16,659 nucleotides of DNA from a bacterium (GTDB lineage Bacteria > Hinthialibacterota > Hinthialibacteria > Hinthialibacterales > Hinthialibacteraceae), in contig JBHGBC010000135.1 in the NCBI GenBank assembly GCA_041946805.1, positions 1 to 16,659 on the forward strand. Direction: 5' to 3'. Below are positions 1 through 7,263 of this stretch, in pieces. How positions within the stretch are numbered: position 1 is the stretch's first letter; each line of letters opens with the position of its first letter. Below the pieces are notes generated by a model. It was given only the letters and a program-made list of their open reading frames with translations. It had not been told where the DNA came from and did no database searches. Both the position numbers and the translations under genes were made by a program.

Positions 1-153
1 AACTTGATCAACTGAGTTATAAGGGGTTATTAAAAAAATTACGGGGTAAGTTGCGTTTTAGGGGAAGATTGATTTGGTACTTCCGGTAAGTACGCGCATG
101 TTTGCAGAAATCGCGATCCATTTTCCATCAGGCTGGCTTAGGGATCCCCCAAT

Positions 154-368
154 CCCCTCTCCCTCAGGAAGTGAATCAGGATGAGGAAATTATTGGAGGG
201 ACGGACTTTCGTATCCTCCCGAATCCGTTTTTAAACTAGCCCAGGGCTTCAGCCCTGGGAATAGGTTGGACAACAATTTCTCCCCTTCTCCCTGCAGGAT
301 TGAGAATGCGTTTATACGAAACCATAGGCTGTCGCCTACGGCTATTCACATGAATCCCCTGCGGGGAT
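154..368. repeat. Cluster of REP-like palindromes (degenerate CCCTCTCCC-type 154-186; degenerate GGACGGAC-type ~195-220; TAGC-hairpin 229-261; hairpin-GCTA-hairpin 317-368)
   Basis: 229-261 is the reverse complement of 4383-4415 (31/33 identical). 317-368 is the reverse complement of 4596-4647 (49/52 identical). 154-186 matches the reverse complement of the CCCTCACCC..CCCTCTCCC..GGGAGAGGG family at about 26/33. Confidence 0.8.
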
Positions 369-517
369 CAAACTCTGATGCATGATCAGGACCTATGGAT
401 TAAGAGCAGAATTGGCGCCAGATGGAGGTTCAGCCCATACTGGTATCAATGCTATTTGAAAGAAATCGATCGAGTAGACATGACGAACCAGAAACAAAAA
501 GAAGGAAGGAACGATCC

Positions 518-1282
518 ATGGCCAGGCCGGTTTTACGCATCAACAACCAGGGAGTCGCGGTGCGGGAGTTGACCGCGATCTTGAAAGAGCGGGGTTATCT
601 CGGCGCGGTCACCGATACGTTCGACCGCGCCGTGCGGGCGGCGGTCAAGGAGTTCCAGTCCCGCCATGTCGACGAGCGCGGCCGCCCGCTGGTGGTGGAC
701 GGCGTGGTGGGGCCGTTGACCTGGTGGGCGCTGGATCATCCCGACAACAGCGCCATCTTGATCCTGCCGGTAGCCCTTAACCTCACCGTGATTCCCTCCT
801 CCGGAGGCAGTCCGCGCGGCCGGGCGGCGCTCGCCGTGGCCCTGGCTGAAATGCAGGCGGGCGCGAAGGAAACCGGCGCCAACAACAGCGGCCCCTGGGT
901 GGAGAAATACCTGAACGGCATCCTCACCCCCCCGGCCAATTGGTGCGCGGCGTTCGTCAGTTGGTGTTTCGCCCAACATCCCGCGGGGATCCCCTTCCGG
1001 TACAGTCTGGGAGCGCGTGACATCCGCGACCAGTTCCGCCGGAAAGGTTGGACCTATGAAGTGGACGGCAGCCACCAGCCCGAACCGGGCGACATCATCG
1101 TCTGGTGGCGCGAACAACCGGACGGGTGGAAGGGTCACATCGGTTTCGTGCATCATCTGTCCGAGGGCGGCATCCTCTACACCATCGAGGGCAACAAAGG
1201 CGGCTTCCCCGCCCCGGTGCGGGCCTTTGATTACACCTTCAGCCATATCGACCGCCTGCTGGGTTTCGGCCGCGCGCAGTGA
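518..1282 (+). CDS. Peptidoglycan-binding domain + CHAP-domain cell wall hydrolase (amidase/endopeptidase)
   Basis: N-terminal PG_binding_1-like pattern (AVKEFQ...LVVDGVVGPLTWWAL) and CHAP motifs WCAAFVSW (catalytic Cys), PGDIIVW, GHIGFV (His), TIEGN. Start moved from 422 to ATG 518 because GAAGGAAGGA lies at 501-510 and GC-rich codon usage begins there. Confidence 0.9.
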   Translation: MARPVLRINNQGVAVRELTAILKERGYLGAVTDTFDRAVRAAVKEFQSRHVDERGRPLVVDGVVGPLTWWALDHPDNSAILILPVALNLTVIPSSGGSPRGRAALAVALAEMQAGAKETGANNSGPWVEKYLNGILTPPANWCAAFVSWCFAQHPAGIPFRYSLGARDIRDQFRRKGWTYEVDGSHQPEPGDIIVWWREQPDGWKGHIGFVHHLSEGGILYTIEGNKGGFPAPVRAFDYTFSHIDRLLGFGRAQ

Positions 1283-1478
1283 CCGATTGATCCCCGAATC
1301 ATCCTTCTTCCTCCCTTTTTAATCCGTTTTCCTCCAATTTCGGCCCGATTCACTTTCCCCCCGCGTGGATCGTATGGTATTCTTTTTCCTGTTTCTGATT
1401 GTTGATCATCCGATACGTAGAGTCCAATACGGCAGTACGATGACCGGACACCCAACAAAGCTGATGCGAACAAAGAAG

Positions 1479-1551
1479 CCATTCCCTCTCCCAGAGGGAG
1501 AGGGAATGGGTGAGGGGATTTTGTGGGGGGTGGCGGACCTAAGTGTCCGTC
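1479..1551. repeat. REP-like pair: CCCTCTCCC/GGGAGAGGG hairpin (1479-1517) followed by a GGCGGAC..GTCCGTC hairpin
   Basis: CCATTCCCTCTCCC-AGA-GGGAGAGGGAATGG is a perfect 14-bp stem followed by GTGAGGGG, the reverse orientation of copies at 3200, 4532, 16426 and 16575. The same two-element order appears in degenerate form at 154-220. Confidence 0.8.
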
Positions 1552-1621
1552 CAGATAGCGAATTTCCCGGAAGAAACAGATACACACACCGCGATCCTGA
1601 ATTATCAATAGGAAAAATACG

Positions 1622-3145
1622 ATGAAACTCCCGCTTCATACCTCTCGTTTCAAACGAATTCAACTCCTTCCCGCCCTTCTCGCCTTATGCCTGTGGGGCT
1701 TCGTGCCTCCTCTCATCGCGGCGGAAAACGAAGACGGCTTCAAGCCGATCTTCAACGGGAAGGACCTCAGCGGCTGGGACGGCGATCCCGCGTTCTGGTC
1801 GGTCGAGGCAGGGGCCATCACCGGGCGCACCACGGCGGAGAATCCCGCCAAGGAGAACACCTTCCTGATCTGGCGGGACGGCCTGGTTGACGATTTCGAA
1901 CTGCGCCTCGCGTACCGCGCCGTCAACGGCAATTCCGGTATTCAATACCGCAGCCGGGAATTGGGCCGCTGGAGCGTGGGCGGTTACCAGGCCGATATCG
2001 AAACCGGCCCGCAGTGGACCGGCGCGCTGTACGATGAACACGGCCGCGGCCCCCTCGCCACGCGCGGCCAGAAAACCGTGATCTCGGAGAAGGGGGAGAA
2101 GCAATCCGAACAGGTCAACGACCCCGCCGCGCTCATGGCCAAGGTTAACCAAGATGGCTGGAACGAGTATGTCATCTCCGCCCGCGGAACCCACATGATC
2201 CATACAATCAACGGGCAGGTCATGTCGGAAACGGTCGACAACGAAACCGCCAAGAGCGTACGGCAGGGCATCCTCGCCCTGCAGATCCACACCGGCCCCC
2301 CCATGACCGTCCAGTTCAAGGACATCCGCCTCAAACGCTTTCCCTTGGGTGACAAGAAGAAAATCGTCCTGGTGGCTGGCAAAAAAAGCCACGGCCATGG
2401 TACCCACGAGCATAATGGGGGCATTTTGCTGCTCAAACATTGCCTGGATCCCTTCTCCGAAGTGCTGGCGGTCACGTATCTGGACGGCTGGCCGGCCGAT
2501 CCCACCGCCTTCGACAACGCCGACAGCCTGCTTTTCTTCATGGACGGCGGGGGCGGCAATCCCATGATCCAGGACAACCGCCTGGCGGTTCTGGGTGAAC
2601 GGATGAAGGCGGGCGCGGGCTTGGTGGTGCTCCACTACGCCGTCGAGGTTCCCAAGGACCGGGGCGGAGCGGAGTTTCTCGATTGGATCGGCGGTTATTA
2701 CGAACGGCCCTTCTCCACCAATCCCATCTGGACCGCCGGGTTCAAGAGCCTGCCCGAACATCCCCTCACCCGCGGCGTAAAACCTTTCACCATCGAGGAC
2801 GAATGGTACTTCAACATGCGCTTCCGGCCGGATATGAAGGGCGTCACCCCGATTCTCTCCGCCATCCCACCCGATGAGGTGCGGGGCACCGAGGCGGCCA
2901 AGGCGCATCCCGGGCGCTCCGAGATCGTGGCCTGGTGCGCGGAACGTCCGGACGGTGGCCGGGGTTTCGGCTTCACCGGCGGGCATTTTCACAAGAACTG
3001 GGGCGACGGCAACTATCGCAAGATCATCCTGAACGCGATCTTCTGGACCGCGAAACTCGAAGTGCCCGAAGGCGGCGTCCCGTCGCAGGTCACCCCGGAT
3101 CTGTTGGACAAGTTATTGGAGAATGAACGGAAAACCAATGAGTAG
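1622..3145 (+). CDS. Secreted DUF1080 (3-keto-disaccharide hydrolase-like) domain fused to a ThuA-like domain
   Basis: Signal peptide (KRIQLLPALLALCLWGFVPPLIA). DUF1080 motifs IFNGKDLSGW, NSGIQYRS, GYQADI, WNEYVI, GILALQIH, VQFKDIRLK. ThuA-like motifs SHGHGTHEH, DEWYFNMRF, GRGFGFTGGHFHKNW. Confidence 0.9.
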   Translation: MKLPLHTSRFKRIQLLPALLALCLWGFVPPLIAAENEDGFKPIFNGKDLSGWDGDPAFWSVEAGAITGRTTAENPAKENTFLIWRDGLVDDFELRLAYRAVNGNSGIQYRSRELGRWSVGGYQADIETGPQWTGALYDEHGRGPLATRGQKTVISEKGEKQSEQVNDPAALMAKVNQDGWNEYVISARGTHMIHTINGQVMSETVDNETAKSVRQGILALQIHTGPPMTVQFKDIRLKRFPLGDKKKIVLVAGKKSHGHGTHEHNGGILLLKHCLDPFSEVLAVTYLDGWPADPTAFDNADSLLFFMDGGGGNPMIQDNRLAVLGERMKAGAGLVVLHYAVEVPKDRGGAEFLDWIGGYYERPFSTNPIWTAGFKSLPEHPLTRGVKPFTIEDEWYFNMRFRPDMKGVTPILSAIPPDEVRGTEAAKAHPGRSEIVAWCAERPDGGRGFGFTGGHFHKNWGDGNYRKIILNAIFWTAKLEVPEGGVPSQVTPDLLDKLLENERKTNE

Positions 3146-3149
3146 AAAA

Positions 3150-3355
3150 GTAGGATGAGTTAGCGCGCAGCGCGTAACCCATCACTATCATCTTGAATTC
3201 CCTCACCCTGGCCCTTTCCCAGAGGGAGAGGGAATGGATTGAGCGATTTAAGCAAGACCCGATTGCTGGTAGGGGCACGTTGCCACGTGCCCCTACGAAA
3301 ACGACGGTTCGTTCTTCAAAAGTAGGATGGATTATCGCGTAACGCGTAACCCATC
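3150..3355. repeat. Four-element REP cluster (GTAG-type 3150-3183 and 3322-3355; CCCTCACCC-type 3200-3237; GTAGGGGCACG..CGTGCCCCTAC 3269-3296)
   Basis: Two direct 34-bp copies GTAGGATG..TTA.CGCG.A.CGCGTAACCCATC, each preceded by AAAA. The hairpin GTAGGGGCACGT-TGCC-ACGTGCCCCTAC has a perfect 12-bp stem. Confidence 0.85.
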
Positions 3356-3418
3356 ATGAAACGATAAACACTCAATTCAAACAATCATCAATCAATCCAT
3401 GGGGAAGGATAATACACC

Positions 3419-4276
3419 ATGAAAATCGGAATGAATCTGCTGCTGTGGGAAGGAAGTATTACAGAAAAGCATGTCGGTGTGTTAGAGGACCTGGCGGCGA
3501 TGGGGTACGATGGGGTCGAGTTTCCCCTCTTCGCCTTTGACCGGGCGCAGCAGGCGCAGAGCAAGAAATTGCGCGGGCATCTCGACCGCCTCAAGATGAC
3601 CTGCTCGGTGGTCACCTGCGTGCCGCCCGAGGCCAACCCGATCAGCGAGGATCCCGCCATCCGCAAGGCCAGCCTTGAATTCCTGAAAAAGGCCATCGCC
3701 ACCGCCGAAATCTTGGGATCGAACATCGTCGCCGGGCCGTTCACCTCGCCGGTCGGCCGCCTGGTGGGACGCCGCCGCACGGAAGACGAGTGGAAATGGG
3801 GAGTGGAGGTCATGCGCAAGGCCGCCATGGCGGCGGACAAGGCGGGCGTCACGCTGGCCCTCGAAGCCATCAACCGCTTCGAGACCTATTTCATCAACAC
3901 CATGGCTGACGCCTATCAGTTCGCCAAAGCGGTCGACCATCCCCGCTTCGGGGTCATGTTCGACACCTTCCACGCCAATATCGAGGAAGAGAACATCCCC
4001 AAGGCCATGATGACCGCCGCGGAGAAGATCGTCCACGTCCACATTTCCGAAAACCACCGCGGCATTCCCGGCGCGGGGCATATCCGCTTCGAGGAAGTGT
4101 TCAAGGTTCTCAAGAAGATCAACTACGACGGCTGGCTGACTATCGAGGCCTTCGGCAGCGCCCTGCCCGAACTGGCGGCCGCCACCTGCATCTGGCGCGA
4201 CCTCTTCGGCGACAACCTCGAAGTCGCCAAGAAAGGCCTGGCGTTTATCCAGAAGCAGTGGCAAAAGGCGAAGTGA
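3419..4276 (+). CDS. Sugar phosphate isomerase/epimerase TIM barrel, D-psicose/D-tagatose/L-ribulose 3-epimerase-like
   Basis: Motifs LEAINRFE, FDTFHANIEE, HVHISENHRGIPGAG, IEAF and WR carry the E/D/H/E metal-binding set of ketose 3-epimerases. GGAAGGA RBS upstream. Confidence 0.88.
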   Translation: MKIGMNLLLWEGSITEKHVGVLEDLAAMGYDGVEFPLFAFDRAQQAQSKKLRGHLDRLKMTCSVVTCVPPEANPISEDPAIRKASLEFLKKAIATAEILGSNIVAGPFTSPVGRLVGRRRTEDEWKWGVEVMRKAAMAADKAGVTLALEAINRFETYFINTMADAYQFAKAVDHPRFGVMFDTFHANIEEENIPKAMMTAAEKIVHVHISENHRGIPGAGHIRFEEVFKVLKKINYDGWLTIEAFGSALPELAAATCIWRDLFGDNLEVAKKGLAFIQKQWQKAK

Positions 4277-4298
4277 GTTTTTCTAATGGACATCAATT

Positions 4299-4332
4299 GG
4301 GGGTGTTCCCGGATTTCATCGGGGACACCCCC
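4299..4332. terminator. Strong hairpin downstream of the epimerase stop (possible terminator or further REP-like element)
   Basis: GGGGGTGTTCCCG-GATTTCAT-CGGGGACACCCCC gives a 13-bp stem with one G-U pair, 22 nt after the TGA. There is no clean U-tract. Confidence 0.4.
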
Positions 4333-4349
4333 GCGCTTCTTCCAAGGAT

Positions 4350-4565
4350 GTCATTCCCGCGAAGGTGGGGATCCAGGGCATTTTCCCAGGGTTGAAACCC
4401 TGGGCTAGTTTAAAATCGTTTCCGGAAGGGCCGGAAATTACTTTGCAACCTCCTCCTAGCCTCCCCCGAACTTCGGGGGAGGAATGAAAGGACGGAAAGG
4501 ACATGCAGGCTGGAAGCCGGCACCACAAATACCCTCACCCAGGCCCTCTCCCGGAGGGAGAGGGG
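4350..4565. repeat. Mosaic of REP-like palindromes between convergent genes (4350-4376, 4383-4437, 4449-4482, 4505-4526, 4532-4565)
   Basis: Hairpins GTCATTCCCGCGAAGGTGGGGATCCAG; CCCAGGGTTGAAACCCTGGG-CTA plus TTTCCGG..CCGGAAA; CCTCCCCCGAACTTCGGGGGAGG; GCAGGCTGGAAGCCGGCACCAC; CCCTCACCCAGGCCCTCTCCCGGAGGGAGAGGGG. Several have sister copies elsewhere in the window. Confidence 0.85.
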
Positions 4566-4595
4566 TAGAGGGGGTCATAATGATGATGGGAAACA

Positions 4596-4770
4596 ATCCC
4601 CGCAGGGGATTCACATGAATAGCCGTAGGCGACAGCCTACGGTTTCGATAACAAAAAAACCAACCCCGAAGGGGTTGAATATCATTCGACCCTAGGAGGG
4701 TCGTGTTATTCATTTTACGGTACCGTAGGCTATCGCCTACGGCTATTCAGATTGGACCCTTCGGGTCCAA
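4596..4770. repeat. Symmetric REPIN/MITE-like doublet of inverted REP-like units (~175 bp)
   Basis: Left arm GAATAGCCGTAGGCGACAGCCTACGGT and right arm ACCGTAGGCTATCGCCTACGGCTATTC are inverted copies. Each has an outer hairpin (4596-4610, 4752-4770) and an inner hairpin (4661-4677, 4687-4703) around a central GAAT-ATC-ATTC. Confidence 0.85.
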
Positions 4771-4792
4771 AGTCTACTTCAGAACCGGTGCG

Positions 4793-5425
4793 TCACCCGC
4801 CCAATAATCCTTGCACCCGGAGATCCCCCCCAAAGAAACCGATATCCCCCAAACTTAGAATGCCGTTGCTGGGATCGTAGATCGAATCCCGCACCGAATC
4901 GCCTGGATACCGGTAACTATCGGGGAAGGGCACGTCGACGATGAAGGAATCCATCTGGTCGGGCCCCACGCTGGCCACGACGAACGCCTCCCGCCGCCGG
5001 GATTCCAATCCATGCAGTTGGGCGAAACTGACATAGGGGGTGTAGGTATACGAATTCTTCATGACCGGGTAATCGGCCGCCCCCACGAACGAATCTTCCG
5101 GTTCCCTTTGGGGTTCTTGGTATTCGGCCACCGGCCCGAAGGGATCCCGCAGGCGGGGAGAGGAAATATAGGCGATGGGCGAAGTGAGGTCGGGCAGCAG
5201 ATAATCCGCGAAGAAAAGCAAATCGGTATCCCGGCGGGGAAAGATATTATGATCGAGGCGGTAGGTCTGGAGGGCGCCGCCCAGGGCGCGCAGGTCCAGT
5301 TTGGCGCGCGCCACGCGGCTTTTGATCATGGCGTCGCGGTAGTTCGGCACGGCGATGGCGGTGATGACGCCCAGAATCGCCACGACGATCAGCAGTTCAA
5401 TCAACGTGAAGGCATCGCGTTTCAT
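4793..5425 (-). CDS. Prepilin-type N-terminal cleavage/methylation protein A (type IV pilin/GspG pseudopilin-like)
   Basis: Class III signal MKRDA|FTLIELLIVVAILGVITAIAVPNY with Glu at +5, plus DPF, SVGPD and YDPSNG..S.GD motifs. Start moved to ATG 5425, which has GGGAGA upstream. Confidence 0.9.
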   Translation of the reverse strand: MKRDAFTLIELLIVVAILGVITAIAVPNYRDAMIKSRVARAKLDLRALGGALQTYRLDHNIFPRRDTDLLFFADYLLPDLTSPIAYISSPRLRDPFGPVAEYQEPQREPEDSFVGAADYPVMKNSYTYTPYVSFAQLHGLESRRREAFVVASVGPDQMDSFIVDVPFPDSYRYPGDSVRDSIYDPSNGILSLGDIGFFGGDLRVQGLLGG

Positions 5426-5532
5426 CAACGGATTCTCCCGCTCTCGGTGTAATATGGGAGTGCCCGGGGGGATACGTCTTTCCATTATAAGTTGGTCCGT
5501 CCCAGGCGTGAGCCGGGTAATAGGCGAACCTC

Positions 5533-6489
5533 TTACCGTGCGCCCTCTAGCGGAGTGGGGACAGCCAGTGAAGGATAATAATACCGCAGTTCCTCCTGGT
5601 TGCGCTGTTCCCGGATCTGGCTCACCCAGCGCATGGTCTGTGCCAGACGCTGCGCCTCGCGGATTTCCGGCCGCCCCGAAGGCCGCACGACGCCCTCCTT
5701 CCCCGCGTCCACTTGGATCGCGCGGGCGCCGCTTGATACCCGTACCTTCCCGCGGGTTACGGTCACCACCGAGCCGTCCTCGGCGATGGAGATGGCGAAC
5801 GCCGTCCCCAGCACCTGGACCTCGCCGCTGGGCAGAATCACTTGGAAACTCTTTTCCTGCGGGGGAATATCAAAATAGGCAGTTCCGCGGTCCATGCGCA
5901 CGGTGCGGGGATCGAGCAAGGTGAGACGCGATTGCTGCTCGACACAGATTTCCACGCCGTTTTTGAGTTGGACAATACCCTTCGCGTATTGCGGGGTTTG
6001 CACCGTGGTATTGCGGGGGATGGATTCTCCCCGGCGGGTATCGAGCAGCGTGTCGGCCATGGCGATCACATGGCCGGAAGTGTATTGAATCTCCCCGATG
6101 GTATGGAACGATTTCTGGATCCACAGCCCGGCGGGGACTAGAACCACGAGAAACAGGGCCAACGCGGGGACCATCCAGGATATGCGGCGATGAAAGAGAG
6201 AAAAAACGCCGAAGGAATCCAGCGCCAGTTCCTGCCGGGTGGAGTCGGTCAACGAGGCGCGCCGTTTTTCGCGCATGGCCTGCTCGACCAAGCGGTCGAA
6301 GAAGCCTTCTTCCGGCGTCCACGCCTCTTCTTGAGGCTGGAGCGCCTGGACCCAGCCCTGGATGGCGCTCCATTCCTTGCGGCAGGCAGGGCAGGTTTCC
6401 AGATGGGATTTCAAGTATTCGGGAACTCCGGCCCCCTTGTGGTCGATTTTCCAGGCCAACAATTCTTTTTGCACCGAGGAACATTTCAT
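5533..6489 (-). CDS. Anti-sigma factor with N-terminal zinc-binding motif, transmembrane helix and FecR domain
   Basis: HLETCPAC (HxxxCxxC), TM helix WMVPALALFLVVLVPAGLWI and FecR pattern RGTAYFDI..FQVILPSGEVQVLGTAFAI..VTVTRGKVRV. Start overlaps the sigma stop (ATGA at 6486-6489). Confidence 0.9.
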   Translation of the reverse strand: MKCSSVQKELLAWKIDHKGAGVPEYLKSHLETCPACRKEWSAIQGWVQALQPQEEAWTPEEGFFDRLVEQAMREKRRASLTDSTRQELALDSFGVFSLFHRRISWMVPALALFLVVLVPAGLWIQKSFHTIGEIQYTSGHVIAMADTLLDTRRGESIPRNTTVQTPQYAKGIVQLKNGVEICVEQQSRLTLLDPRTVRMDRGTAYFDIPPQEKSFQVILPSGEVQVLGTAFAISIAEDGSVVTVTRGKVRVSSGARAIQVDAGKEGVVRPSGRPEIREAQRLAQTMRWVSQIREQRNQEELRYYYPSLAVPTPLEGAR

Positions 6490-7079
6490 GAGAACAGTTC
6501 CTCCTCTTGGAGTCCTTCCTGGCGGGCGTAGCGCCGCAGGATCTTCAAGGCCCGGTGAGTCTGTGTGTTGACCGTCGAAACGGGAATCCGCAGCAAGTTC
6601 GAAATGGTTTCGCTGGGCAATCCTTGAATCAGGCGCAGAGTCAAGATGTCCCGGTACTTGGGTTTCAAACGATTCATGGCCCGGTGAATCCTTTCCATCG
6701 ATTCTTTTTCCACCATTTCCCCGCGGGGATTCGCGGTTTCATCGGGAAACGAATACCCGCTCTCGTCCATCAGTTCATCCCACGGCACAACGCCCTGCTT
6801 GACACGCTTGTTGTACTCCTTGTACGCCAGGTTGCGGGCGATCTGGTACAGCCAAGGCCCCAATGGGCGGTTGGGATCGACCTTCAGGTGCGACCGGCAG
6901 GCGAGAAAGAAGGCTTCCTGGGTCAAGTCCACGGCGCGGTCCCGGTCGCGCAGCAAATGCGTCACGAAGTGGGTCAAGGGCGCGAAATAAGTCCGCGCGG
7001 CGGCATCGAAAGCCCACCGTTCGCCCCGGTGAAATCCCGCGCTGATCTCCTGTTCGGTTTGCGGCATGGATGATTCCAC
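6486..7079 (-). CDS. ECF (sigma-70 group 4) RNA polymerase sigma factor
   Basis: Region 2 AVDLTQEAF..WLYQIARNLA and region 4 AMNRLKPKYRDILTLR..ISNLLRIPVSTVNTQTHRALKILR. GTG start with AGGGAG RBS at 7085-7090. Confidence 0.93.
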   Translation of the reverse strand: MESSMPQTEQEISAGFHRGERWAFDAAARTYFAPLTHFVTHLLRDRDRAVDLTQEAFFLACRSHLKVDPNRPLGPWLYQIARNLAYKEYNKRVKQGVVPWDELMDESGYSFPDETANPRGEMVEKESMERIHRAMNRLKPKYRDILTLRLIQGLPSETISNLLRIPVSTVNTQTHRALKILRRYARQEGLQEEELFS

Positions 7080-7263
7080 GAATTCTCCCTATCCTGACAA
7101 CAGGGTTTCATCGAACAACTCCCTATCCCAGGCCGGAACCAGGTTCCGCGGGTCTCCTCCGAGCTCAGCGGCTATTGTGGCTTGCCCGTGGGCGTATTCG
7201 TATAGAAATATCCCGCCCGGGAGGGAAATCTTTCACTTTTTTCGGTTTTATTTGCCAGCCGAA

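Noticed and set aside
1231..1663. Short ORFs in the CHAP-DUF1080 gap
   Set aside because: Their PHPFPLPLGEG/SPSPSGRG-type peptides are translations of the palindromic repeat; the same holds for ORFs at 4316-4713 and 16250-16653.
3150..3355. Two 34-bp direct repeats as a mini-CRISPR or attC cassette array
   Set aside because: The 138-bp interval consists of other REP-like hairpins, and the GTAG-hairpin form fits REPs better.
533..4264. Minus-strand ORFs 533-1246, 1685-2992 and 3482-4264
   Set aside because: Each mirrors a well-supported plus-strand gene; shadow ORFs.
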